From positions 60,266,001 through 60,330,000 of the forward strand of contig CM052816.1 of the NCBI GenBank assembly GCA_028534125.1: DNA of 64,000 nt, given 5' to 3'. Positions 1 through 12,270 of this stretch are shown in pieces (the stretch's first letter is position 1; each line of letters opens with the position of its first letter). Position numbers and translations under genes: made by a program. The DNA comes from Lama glama (Eukaryota). The notes below the pieces were generated by a model. The model did not search any database and was not told the DNA's origin. It saw nothing but the letters and a program-made list of their open reading frames with translations.

Positions 1-385
1 TGGGAGGAATGGAGTATTACTTGATCATAAAAAGGGAGATCCTGCCTATTGCAATAATATGGATGGACCTGGAGGGCATTATACTAAGTAAAATAAGTCA
101 GGTGGAGAAAGACAAAGACTATAGGTTCTCACTTACATGTGGAGTCTAGACATCTCAAGCTCATAGAAATACAGGGTAGAATGGTTGTTGCCAGGGGCTG
201 TGGGAATTGGGGGATGCTGGTCAAAGGGTATGAATTTCTAGCTATAAGATGAATAACTGCTGGGATTTAAGGTACAGTATGGTGATTATAATTAACAGTA
301 CTGTATTATGTACTTGAAAGACATAAAAAGAGTAAGTCATAAATGTTATTACTACACACAGCAAAAAATGGTAATTATGTGAAGG
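1..385 (+). mobile_element. L1 3' end (L1MA-like)
   Basis: atggatggacctggagggcattatactaagtaaaataagtcag...tcaaagggtatgaatttctagctataagatgaataa matches the L1 ORF2 end/3'UTR pattern. Confidence 0.85.
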
Positions 386-392
386 CCACTCC

Positions 393-465
393 AAGTTATA
401 TGCAGATTTTCAACCACACAGGGGGTCAGTGCGCCTAACCCCCACGACTATTCAAGAGATAACTG
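393..465 (+). mobile_element. Tigger2-type MITE end fragment
   Basis: gcagattttcaaccacacagggggtcagtgcgcctaacccccacg...ttcaagagataactg resembles the 3' end of the element at 45162-45384. Confidence 0.65.
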
Positions 466-469
466 CTTA

Positions 470-1430
470 TATATTCTATACTTGTTTTTTGATTAATATT
501 CTATAGATATAGAAAGATCAACTTTCTGTATCAGCCGTCATCATCTCTAGCATTGAATGAATTTCCAGTGTATCTGGTACCATAATTTAATCTTCTATTA
601 ATGGGTCTTTAGATTGATTTCACTGTTTTGATGATTCAATGAAAATCTTCTGAATCCTTAGATGATTATATCCAATACCTAGAAGCAGAACTACTGAGCC
701 CCATAGTGGGTTCATTTTTCACTTTGGTGCATATAGCTCAATTATTCTCCACAGAAATTGCCCTAATGTGCACTCTCACTCATGGCATATAGGACACCAT
801 CTCCCCTCAATCCTGCCAACGCTGATTTTTTTTTTTTTCGGATTTTGGTCCCATCACTTTATTTTCATATGCATCTCCTTAGGTTATAAGTGAAGCTGAG
901 AATCTTTTAATATGTTAACTTAGCATTCATGTTTCTTTTTGTGCAAAGTACCTATTTCTTACTTTGCTCCTCTGAGTTGCTATATTAGTCATCTTAAAAA
1001 ATGATTTGCTGTTTTGTTTTGGGGTTTTGGGTTTTTTTTTTTTTTTGTATATTGAGGCACTTCTGCCAATACAGTGAAGATGTTTCTCCCATTTGTGCTT
1101 ATCTTTTACTGCTGCTGTAACTCTTCTGTTGAGAAATTTTTATTTCACCTAATTTATCAACCATTTTTCTTTAAGGCTTTTAGGTTTTGTACCTTGTTTG
1201 GAAAGGCTTTCCCCACTCTCAAATTATTTTATAAATGCAACCATAGTTCCTTCTAGTACTTTTACAATTTCTTTCTTTTTTTAATTAAAAACACTTTTCT
1301 TTATCTACATGGGATTTATTTGGTATAAGGAGTGAGATACAGCAGTCTAGTTTATTTCTTTTCCAAGTGGCTAATCAGTTGATTCAAGACCATTCATTGG
1401 CTTTAATAATCTACATTTTCCCAATGATTT
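470..1430 (-). mobile_element. Old L1 (L1ME-like) fragment
   Basis: Degenerate antisense L1 ORF2/3'UTR motifs, T-rich (e.g. tttatttggtataaggagtgagatac...tttccaagtggctaatcagttg). Confidence 0.65.
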
Positions 1431-1582
1431 AAGTAAGGTACATTTAAGGAAAGCCAAGTAATTTGATGCAGAGACAGGGAATTGTAGGAAATTCGAGCAA
1501 GGCAGTAAATGATGGGGAGCACAGAGAATGAATGAAGATCAAGCTGGAAAATCTGAAGGCCAGTTGGAAGTGTCCTTTAGGG

Positions 1583-2262
1583 CAGTACTCCAGGTGACTC
1601 TTCCCTCCTGTTTTATCAAGTACCCCAGGTGATTCCTGGGCATACTAGAGTTTCAGGATCCTGTCTTTAGAACAGTCATTCTTAACCTTGGCTTCATATT
1701 CAAATAGCTGAGGGAACTTAAAAAAAAAAAACAAAAAAAAAAACAACCCCAACGAGCAAGTCACACTTCAGTCCAATTAAATAAGAATGGGGATTGGGGT
1801 GAGGGCAGGATCAGTCATTGGTAAAGCTTCCCAGGTGATTCCAAAGTGCACTCAAGTTTGAGAAACACTAATTTAGATTCTACTGGAGAAAGTGAATTTT
1901 ATAGATTAAGTTGTTCTCTAACCTTACTATGTATCAAAATACCCTGGGGAGCTTTTAAAACGATATATACTGATGCCAGTTCAGACACAGGAAGTTTCCG
2001 ACTTAATTGGTCTGGGACCTGGGTATTTTTTAAGCTCCACAGATGATTCAAGTGTGCAGCAAGGCTTTGGGACCTACAGTGCAGTAATTCTTCAACTGTA
2101 GAGTGCATCAGAATCACCTCAAGGATTTATTAGACCACAGATTACTGGGCACTGCCCCTGCGGTTACTTAATTAGTGAGGATTGGGTAGAGCCTGAGAGT
2201 TTGTATTTCTAACTAGTCTCCTGGTGCTCTGGGTCCTTGGATCACACCACTTGGAGACATCC
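1583..2262. mobile_element. Tandem cluster of about 4 MER5A/MER5B (hAT-Charlie) MITEs
   Basis: Repeated MER5 hallmarks: ccccaggtgattc, cttcccaggtgattccaaagtgcactcaagtttgagaaacact, gcatcagaatcacct. Confidence 0.75.
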
Positions 2263-2269
2263 ACCACTC

Positions 2270-2990
2270 TGGTGTATGTCATGACAAATCATGGGATATG
2301 TTTCTTTAGATAAAAGACATGATTAAGTTCATGTCTTAAAAAACAACGGCTTTCATGTAGAAGACAGATTTGCGAGGCAGTGAGAGGATGCAGCAAGATG
2401 GAGCCCAGTTCTCATTCTACTGCAAAAGCCCTGAGCCACTGGCTTGGGAGAGGAGCCAGGTATAAAACGCATTTCAGAGGAAGGCTTAGCAGGAAGGGTT
2501 TAACAAAAAATGATACCGAGGTTGCTAGCTTGGGTGACCACATGGATGATGTTGCCAGTAACTGAGATTAAACAGAACTGGTGATAAGAAACTTGGTATT
2601 GAATAACAGTTGGGTTTAAGGTGCTGGTGAGACACATTCTGATGGAGAAAAACCCAAGATAAAACTGTAGGGAAAAATTAGCACATGCGTGACAGCAGAT
2701 GACCTTGGTCAAGAAGTGCCTGTCATAAGTAAAAGGGTGACAAAGGATGCAACCCGAGGGATCCCAAGAGTTAAAATGGATGGGGAAATAGAAAGGCGCC
2801 AGCCGACAAGAAGGATGGAAACACAGAAGGATGTATCATAGGAAGCCAGGGAAGAGAAATAGTCATGAAGTAGGAAACAGTTCTGATATCACATACTGCA
2901 AGGTGTTCACACTGAGTAAGCTCACATTGTCTAATAAAGCAATCAAGGCATGTGACCTCCGGGAGACCCTGGTTTTAGTGGAGCAGCAGG
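2270..2990 (-). mobile_element. L2 LINE fragment (continues 1440-1580, split by the MER5 cluster)
   Basis: gatgatgttgccagtaactgagatt...gtttaaggtgctggtgagacac...ggaagccagggaagagaa are typical antisense L2 motifs. Confidence 0.65.
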
Positions 2991-4436
2991 TTAGGAGCGG
3001 TGTCATGCCCGACTACACCATCAATGAATCCTGGCCAATGCTGGACCAGGACTGGTTTCCCAAGGGTACTGGAGTAGGACTCTTTGGCTTTGTTTTACCA
3101 AGACATTAAATAAAGACAACATCTACATTTGGTTATTAATTTCATCAAGTTATAACAGTAAGAAATTTCAAATGTTATAAAAGCTCTTAATTTCATAGAA
3201 TAATTTAAAACCTAATGTTCAAAACATGCTCTATCAGGTGGAAAATGAAGGAGGTAACGTCTAAGCGAGGGGCCAGCTCTGACACTCTCTGCTACGAAGC
3301 TACAGCAAACAAAACGTTTCTTCTATAGGGCAGAATATCTCATTTTTGAACCTTAGCACAGAACAATTTTACTTACATATTTTTAATTAACAACATCGTT
3401 TTTTTCTAATATAGGAAAAAGTTCTGCTACCTGGTTTCATCATGTTTTCCAACAGCAATTAACTCAGACCAAAAGAAAGGAAAAAGACATTTTTATTCAG
3501 CAATGTATGTCATAAAAACACTCCAGTCTTCACCCAGATCTGACACTACCCTCCAGCAGACACATGCTTTTCTAGGTGATGTCATGTAGAAGGTAGCAGC
3601 GTGTGCCCATCACCCCCATGGGGCTGACTAAGGATAAATTAGACTGAGGGGATAACTCCAGTAGTACTACTAATACTGGAAAATGCTAAACATAAAACCA
3701 TTTAACTGCTTTAAACTGGAGGCAGATGGTGAGGGTGGAAGTAATATGCACACAGGATTTTGCTGGTAAAACGTTTAGAATCCATAGAAAAGGAACTGCT
3801 CACTTTTAAATTAACTTTAAAAAACTTAATTCTAAAGCTAACATGGGCTCAAGGTTGAGGACTGCAAAATACCTAAAGTTATAAAAGTGAAATTGGTAAT
3901 CCTGCTACAATAATGTCGTGGTGTTTTTCTTTGGTCTATTTTTTGACAGCGTGTACATATATATACAAAAATACTTTTAAATAGAGTCGTAAGCCATATT
4001 CAGTTCTTGTATCCTGCTCTTTATAATTAGGTTGTGATTATAGTTTTCCTTTATGCCATTAAATATTTTTTAAAATGTGATTTTTTAATGGCTACAGATT
4101 AAACATTATACAGACAGACTACAATTAAAGCATCATTCTTCTATTTAGTGTTTAGGCCATTTCTATTTTGGTGCTCTTATAAATAATCCTGCAATTAACA
4201 TCCTGATATATGAATTTCTGAGTAGTTTTCTGATTATTTCCTTAAGTTATATTTCATGAAGGGCAAATAGGTCAAGTGATATGAACTATTTCTAGGGTTT
4301 TCGACCTATCACTCTGCTTTCTAAAAAGACTCTAAATTTACATTCATGTACTGAGAATACCCATCTCACCAGAAAATAATTATTACTATGTATGCTTTTT
4401 AATATTTGCAAATCAGGTGAAGACTGGTATTTCATT

Positions 4437-4607
4437 TTTTTAATATTTCCTTTTTATTTTATTTATTATTGTATTTTAATTATTTTATTTTGGTGGGGGA
4501 GGGGAGGTAATTAGGTTTATTTATTTTTAGAGAGGTACTGGGGATTGAACCCAGGACCTCATGCATGCTAAGCATGCACTCTACCACTTAAGCTACACGC
4601 TACCCCC
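4437..4607 (-). mobile_element. vic-1-type camelid tRNA-derived SINE with target-site duplication
   Basis: gaggtactggggattgaacccaggacctcatgcatgctaagcatgcactctaccacttaagctac is a tRNA A/B-box head in reverse with a T-rich tail. 12-bp TSD tggtatttcatt at 4425-4436 and 4608-4619. Confidence 0.9.
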
Positions 4608-5354
4608 TGGTATTTCATTATTTTGATTGGCATTTATTTGATTAGTGACAGCTTGAACTTTTCATTTGTTTACTTGTCATTTTTATTTCTTCTTCTGTCA
4701 GCTGTCCGTTCGTGTCCTTTGCCTATTTAGTTAGTTGGGTATTAGAATTTTTTCTTACATTCATTTAAAAGAGCTCTTTATGACTTAATAATATTAATTT
4801 CTGTGCATTATATTTGTTGCAAATATCCTCTGTTATTTGTTAGTGTTTTCATTTTGTTTATGGTGTTTAACTTACAGAATTTTAAACTCTTAATATATCA
4901 TATTATCAGTCTTTTCCTTAGTGATTTCTCCCACTTTTTTATGCTCAGAAGTTATTTCCCCATCCTAAACATACTAAATATTCAACACATTAATTTTACT
5001 TTTTAGGGTTTCATTTTTTTTTTACTGGTAATTTAAAATACATACAAAAATCATTTTAGTATGTATCATGGAGGACCCTCATCTCACATATTTTCATATA
5101 GTTAACCAATTTCCCCAATGCCATTTGCTGATTAAACCATTTCTTTCTTGGTGGTGTGTTTCCCTCATCATATCATCTTCAATCTCTGTCAATTTTTATT
5201 TCATAGGTGAACGACTGCTTGCATCATCATCACTTTCTGATGTGTGTTAATCTCAGGTAGTCAGGTCTGACTCACTAAATTTATATGGCCGATTGTATCT
5301 ACTCAGCTCTCCAGCTGTACCCTAGAGTCATCATGCCAAGTTACCATAGTCAGC

Positions 5355-5810
5355 ATTTGTCACTTTTATGGTCACCAAGAATCTTGTGAACAGCCTCCCT
5401 GTGTAAGAGGAATTTCCCATATTGTGAGACTTGCCTGCCCAAGGTTGATGCCACTCTCCCAGCTCTTCTGTATCTAGGACATAGGTGAGGCTTTGCCAGT
5501 CAAGTCTAAGCTCAACTTTAGCTTGAAAGAAGGCAGTATGAGGAAGTAGGTGCCAGAGGAACCAATTTCGGTGGCAACAGTGGTGGCAAAGGCATCCCTC
5601 TTGGCGGGAAACAGTGTCAGAGTTTCTGGAATCCAGACACCAGGGGCCGCAGTAGCCATGTCTGACATAGTACCATGTAGCAGTCAGGGTGTTTTTCCAG
5701 GCTACGTGGCCTTCAACGCTCACTCTTTAACCCTTTTGACAATTCTGTGAGCTACCTAGTACACCTTAAAGACTTCCTCCTCTGCTTAAACTAGAGTGAA
5801 TGTTGTGCAC
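5355..5810 (+). mobile_element. LTR33-like ERVL solo LTR
   Basis: ggtggcaacagtggtggca...aattctgtgagctacctagtacaccttaaagacttcctcctctgcttaaactagagt matches the recalled LTR33 consensus. Confidence 0.7.
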
Positions 5811-5827
5811 ACAGTGAAGGAAACAGA

Positions 5828-5830
<3 letters not shown>

Positions 5831-5868
<38 letters not shown>
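5831..5868. repeat. (CA)n microsatellite
   Basis: About 19 perfect AC units. Confidence 0.95.
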
Positions 5869-5872
<4 letters not shown>

Positions 5873-8350
5873 AGGCTGACGGAAACTGCTTAAGAACTCT
5901 AAGGTGATTTGAGGAAAGTATAATATTTAGCCTTTTTCTCCAAAAACTATGACATGTCTTTTCACTATGCAAAAATAGTTTAGATTTCAAATAAAGTTTT
6001 GTTGTTTCTTCATAGCAATCTCTTTCAAGTCTCTTCTAGTTACTTCAAAGGCATGATATTTTATGAACTTTTTCTGAGGGGAAAGAGTATGGGAAAAGAG
6101 AGTGAAATGCTGTCATGAACGGATTCCTTTCTTTCATGATCATTTTTAACTGGTTATAGTTGGTAATACACAATAAGATTAATTTCTATATCTTGCATGC
6201 CATCCACTTAATGAATGCTTTTATTAATTTTAATACACATTTTATTCTCTTGGGTATTCTACGTTATTTATGTCATCTGAATTTAACCAGTTTTACCACC
6301 TTTGAGTTACAGATTTTGTTTCAGCTTTACGTGTTGCTTAACTGCAAAGAACCTCCAGAATAAAGTTAAATATTAATAAGGCAAGACTTTCATAGAATGC
6401 CTCTAGTATTTTGCTAAAGTGAGATAATGGCCATTAGTCTAAATTAGATATGTCTTACTACATTATAGAAGTCTCTGTTCATTGTCATTTTCTAAAGAAT
6501 TTTTAGCGAAAATGGCTGTTTAATTTTATAGAGTGCTCTTTCAACATCTATTCGAATGAACGTTTGATCAATTGCTATGACATTATCCGTCATTTTCATA
6601 CTGTTAAACCAATCAGCACTCTTGGGATAAACCTCAGTAGTTTATAGTAAATAATTCTTACAGTGTTCTATTACATTTTAACATTTACATTTCAAAAGTG
6701 AAGTGGGTTGGTGGTTTTCTTATTCTGTGCTGTATATTTTAATTTTCTTCTGTGATGAACAAGGAAATCACTGCTTTTCATGCTAGTAAGTTATTATCTC
6801 TAAATATTTAAAATACACACCTGAATGTATATTTACTAATTAATGAACCCAAGAGGAATGCAGTACAACTCCTGTTTGCTTCCCCACTCTCCAAAGTATG
6901 TCAAGGAACTTAGCATATGTGTACTCCTGCCATACCTCCGTCTCTCATCTTGGTTAATATGAGTTCCAGATCTATATTGCTATTGGTGAGTCATTATTTA
7001 CACTATTACATTTTTAAAAAGCCTTTTCAAACCTTCATTTTTCTATTAATGTTCATCATTGTACTTTTATACTCTATCTTTCCAATTCTTTAGTTCTTCA
7101 TTTTAATTTAACTGTCAGTCATCTTCTGTTTATGTTCAAGTGAGTTTCTCAGGAAAGATATGGAAACTATTTTACGTGACCTCAGACATATAATGCATTA
7201 ATACATACATATGCATGTGTAATACCTTAGCAAATAGAGTTCTTTGACTACAACATCATTACCAAAAATTTGAAGTCTGAGACCAGTATGAATTTTATTC
7301 CTTTGTAAGCAATTAGTTTCTCTTTTTTCTGTACAGATTTTTCCTTCATTACTCAAAAATTTAAAAGTCACACGAATATAATTAGGGCAGAGTTTTATTT
7401 CTCAGTTTCTTTTTGTTGTTGTTACTCAATTCTTCCAACTTGGGAAAATCTTCATTGATAGTATCCTTGATTATTGTTTTTGTTCTATTTATCTGGTCTC
7501 CTTCCAAAAGGATAACTTCTATAAATTAATTAATGAATCCCGAGTTTATGTGGTGTGGATGCTTGATACCAGACAGTGTAGTTTCCCAAATCTAACAGAA
7601 ATCTAACAATTTTTTTCCCATAAGTTAGGGATGGTGGGATGTTACAAATGTTTCGAAGAAAAGCATGATTAACTCCCAAACACACAACCCATAAGTCAAC
7701 CATTCACTCTGAGGTAGTGTTAATGTCAGGACTACAATTTCGGTTTTGTAACTCTGTCCTGCTAAGAAAGACCATCTCAGGAAACAAAATGGTAAGTAGG
7801 AGCAGGTTAGACAGGAACATAATGGTGACAGAAATGGTTGAGGCCTCACATCACCAGAAGAAATAAATATCCATCATTTACGGCAACAATAAGAACAGGA
7901 GGGATGAAATAAAACAGCTTCACCGTACCATTGACAATGCAGACTGCTACCGCTTGTATGAAATTTGTTGTCAGGGGAATTACATACATCTCCTGTTGTT
8001 AAAAGTCTGTCTGGGTCTCGCGTGGAGGGAGAAGAATTTGCATTTGGCCTTTCTCTTTCGAAAATAAAAATTGTTAAATGAAATGACTAGTAATCAGCTG
8101 AAAACCTCTATTTCCTGAGTTCCACTGAAATACTGGCACCAAAGAAATAAATGTGAACCAAGTCACATTTCTTTTTTCTTTCAATTTCAAGGATGCTAGA
8201 ATGTATCCATTCTTAAGCCAAAGTACTGATCCCACAAGGAAGCAGGCTTTTTACCAATTAAGGAACTTGCTTCATTTCCTTCCTTTGACCTATTTTAAAT
8301 GATTTGCATCTCTTAACATTGAACTGGGGCATGTTCTTTGCCTGAGGATC

Positions 8351-8359
8351 ACACACACA

Positions 8360-8408
<49 letters not shown>

Positions 8409-8432
8409 CACTCACTCACACTCTCTCTCCCT
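8351..8432. repeat. Compound (CA)n/(CT)n microsatellite
   Basis: Directly visible. Confidence 0.95.
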
Positions 8433-9707
8433 CTTTCAAAACCTTCAACACTAAATTCATTCCTTTAATGGCTGGTCACTCTGGTAACTACTACAGAGTT
8501 CCGGAACCTTCCCACATGTGCAAAAGGAAGCTTTCAGGTCTAATTGTTCCAGTTTATAGATATACTTGCACAAACTTGGATGTAATACTACAACTAATAA
8601 ACAAGGGGATAGCCTCCAAAGTGTGCCTGGAGGTCCAAGGAACAGCACCAGTTGCCCCATCAAAAGTCCCAACGGAACACCCATCTTCAGATGATGATGA
8701 AATGAAAGAGTGACCCTATCTACAATGTGCTTGTGGGTCATTCAGGCATGTCTGCCTCCCTCCATCTTAGGCCTGTAAAGTCCAACTTGCTGTCCCACCC
8801 AACTCTTTTCCTTAATATTTTAGATGCTAAGAGATCATTTTTCTTCAAACCCCTAGAATACTAAGAGTACGACCCCAATGAAGAACACAAGATCAATATG
8901 AATTAATCCTGAAAACAGAGGGTAAAAAAAATCTCCTTTAAAAACAAACAAACAAAAAAAATCAAGAAATATGGTGTTATAGTCTTAGAAGAAATAGTTT
9001 TAAAGATTATTAGGAAAATAATATATCTAATCCAACCTCCTCCTTTAACAGAAAAAGAAATTAAAGCCAAGTAAAGAGACTTGTACAGGGTCATACTTGA
9101 TTGACAGCAGACCACCTTTAACTAACCTGGAATATAACTTCTTTATAGCTAAGGAAAAAAGGTGAATGTAGTCCATGTAATCAAATGCTGGTTTTTAGCT
9201 CACCAACACCTGATACCTTAATAAATGGACCACTGTGGAATATGCATGCTTTGGAGGAAATCCTTTGGTGCACCTGTAGCAGAGAATCTCCACTCGTGAG
9301 GGGGATGTCAGCAGGAGATTCAGCAGCACTGTAATTAGGGGATGCACAGTTTCCATAAAGATGGGTAGGAATTTTTTTCTCTATCAGCCCACGCATTTAC
9401 TAGGTAGGTACCATTTCCTGCTGGTCCTCCTTGGCCTGATTTAGTCACATGGGGGCTGTTTATACACTATTACCCTTTTCATCTCCTAACTACTGGTTAC
9501 TCTTTTGATGTATCACAGCAACAGTGCATTCCGAAAATAATCTGGAATTTTTCTCTATCCTTCAAACACACCATACATGATAACAATAAAATGTGTATAA
9601 ACTCACGTGATTCCTTCGGAAAAAAAATGAACTCTCCCCTCCACTTCAGGTGGGGGACCAAGTTCTTTGACAGAGTAGAAGAGAAGAAACACAAAGAAAG
9701 AAAAACA

Positions 9708-10260
9708 GTGAATATGACTCAGCCATAAAAAAGAATAAAATAATGCCATTTGCAGCAACATGGATGGAGCTGGAGATCATAATTCTAAGTGAAGTAAGCC
9801 AGAAGAGAAAGAAAAATACCATATGATATCACTCACATGTGGAATGTAAAAAAAGAAGGGGGGGAGGAGGGGGAGGAGGGGGAGAAGGAGAAGGAGGAGG
9901 GGGAGGAGGGGGAGGAGAAGAAGAAAAGAAAAAAGAAGACACTAATGAACTCATCTACAAAACAGAAACAAACTTGCAGACACAGTAAACAATCTTATGG
10001 TTACCGGGGGGAAAGGAGGGTGGGAAGGGATAAATTGGGAGTTCGAGATTTGCAAATATTAACTACTACATATAAAATTGATAAAGAACAAATTTCTTCT
10101 GAATAGCACAGGAACTATATTCAATATCTTGCAGTAACCTATAATGAAAAAGAATATGAAAACATTTATGTATGACTGAAACACTATGCTGTATACCAGA
10201 AATTGACATATTGTAACTGATTATACTTCAATTAAAAAAAATATGGTAGAGAATAGTCTC
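9708..10260 (+). mobile_element. Relatively young L1 3' end (camelid-type), antisense to MAST4
   Basis: gccatttgcagcaacatggatggagctggagatc...atgaactcatctacaaaacagaaac...gtaactgattatacttcaattaaaaaaa, with an internal GA-rich expansion. Confidence 0.9.
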
Positions 10261-10267
10261 AAAAAAG

Positions 10268-10306
<39 letters not shown>

Positions 10307-10332
10307 AAAGCAAAAGAAAAGCAAAAGAAAAG
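10261..10332. repeat. (GAAA)n/(GA)n repeat derived from the L1 tail
   Basis: Directly visible. Confidence 0.9.
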
Positions 10333-11099
10333 CATTGATGTAGACACTGTGCCAGGCCCAGGAGGAGAGAGTGAGTCAAAGCTCACCCAGGTCTTCCCAG
10401 ATCCCTCCAGAAGGCATTTCCAGGGCCAGATTCCAAAGCCCTCCTAGAAGGCGGGCAAGAGGCAGTGACCAGTGAGCAGGGTTCCAGATCTGGCTCTGAC
10501 ACCAAGAAGCCTTAACACCTGGCTGCACTGGGTTTCAGTGTCCTTAGAATAGTTTTCAAGCCTGAATGTGTGTGTTTGCGCATGTGTACACACTAAATCT
10601 TTAACTCAAGCAAAAGATTACTCTCTAGTCCAGAGTGTGACAAAGGTAATCTCCTCTGGCTGGAGCAAAGGTGGAGAGGGGGCTGTGAGCTCTACTCCCA
10701 AATCATCCCCACTCCCTAAACCTGAGGCAGCTCCCCTGGAACTGCGATGGTTCTGATCCACTGGACTTGACTGTTTTGTTTTTTTTTAAATGCCATTCAT
10801 TTCTCAAGTCAGCTCTAAACCAGAGTAAGTACACAACTGAGGGACCTCCAAAGGCTGGTATGCCAAAAATAAGATATCACAGACTACTTACTACTCATGT
10901 GCCCCAGGAGAGACTGTCACCAGGATGCCACAATCCCCTGCCAGCAACCCTCTCGGGGACTCCAACAAGCCTGTGTTCTAACTTGTTTAATATTTACACA
11001 CTATGTTATCCTATCATTTTAACTACATTATGAATTCAAATTGGGTAAAATACTTCAACAGTCTCTTAAAACCTTACACTATGGCACTTTATAATATGG

Positions 11100-11260
11100 C
11101 AAATACTGTCACATTTAAGCTATCAGATAAGGCTGCAAGGGGACAGTTCCATTATTTCCATTTTAGAGATAAGGAGGTTGAGATCTTGAGAGTGATTTGC
11201 CCAAAGAAGCACTGCAGATACATGGTAGAGCTGAGGTCCAGTGTTTAGTACATATATCAT
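11100..11260 (-). mobile_element. MIR SINE
   Basis: attatttccattttagagataaggaggttgag...gtgatttgcccaaag is the MIR core. Confidence 0.7.
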
Positions 11261-11789
11261 TTAGTACTTTCTCAGTTGTTACTAGATGTCAAAATTAAAA
11301 GGGTTCCGGGAGCGGGATTACTGAGTTACGTGACAGCTTGAGGTTTCTACACTGGAGTCTGGTCCTCAGTGTCCAGGAAAGCCGGAACATGGTGTGAAGC
11401 GTGAACAACTCTACAGCTTCGTGTAATAGCTCCTTTTCCATTTACCTCACTACCTTTACCAGGTCACCATGATGTCAGTGGGTGCAAGTTCCTGGAAGTT
11501 TATAGAGCGAGCTATTGTTTCACCCAGAGAGAACACGCTTGAGATGTACGTAGATCCGTGTCGAGTTATTTTGGTGCCTACACAACACATTCCTGATGCT
11601 TATTAAATGTCATCTGCTGCAAGCATTAAACAGCATTTCCTGTGGACACAATCCTCGACTCTTACAGACTCAAAGATCTCAGTCTGACAACAATGGTAGA
11701 CCCAATAGCAGAAATACAGGACAATAGAAGGTCAGCCCTTTAAGGAATCCCTTCGCAGATTAAGCTGAGAAACTAACCAAAGTTGATCA

Positions 11790-12270
11790 CAATGACTCAT
11801 GTACGACGCTATTTACCACAATATTACTTATAAGAACAAAAAACGGGAAAGAGCCAAAATATTCATTAGGGGGAGATAACTATGGCACATTCATGAAATA
11901 GAATATTTTGTACTCATTAAAACCAAGTATTTCAGAAATAAAAAGGCATTTAATTGTATATAAAAATCTCAAAGTAATACCAAAATGACATAGGCACAAG
12001 CTTATATCCGATCCCATACGTATATACACAGGCACATGTATACATGTAAATTTATGTTTGTAAGCACATTTATATATACATAAGTGTTTTAAGTATTACA
12101 ATAGATGTAGATATGTAAAATCTACATATTTAGACAAATACCCAAATGCCAAGCAGTTAATTCTGAGTGGCAAAAAAGAATATACATGATGCTTATATTC
12201 TTCTTTATACTTTCTTGTATTTTCCGAATTTTCTGTAATAAACATGTGCAGCTTTTGTGAACAGGAAAAA
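11790..12270 (+). mobile_element. L1ME-like 3' end
   Basis: aactatggcacattcatgaaatagaatat...ctttatactttcttgtattttccgaattttctgtaataaacatgtg. Confidence 0.65.

Larger units (their letters stand above)
3950..7540 (-). mobile_element. Long, old L1/HAL1-like relic interrupted by a SINE, an LTR and (CA)n
   Basis: Antisense L1 3'UTR/ORF2 motifs at 3950-5200 and 6050-6730, and ORF1-like motifs at about 6750-7540 (gaagtctgagaccagtatgaattttattcctttgtaag). Confidence 0.6.

Noticed and set aside
9837..10106. Glu/Gly/Lys-rich ORF
   Set aside because: Translation of the purine expansion in an L1 3'UTR.
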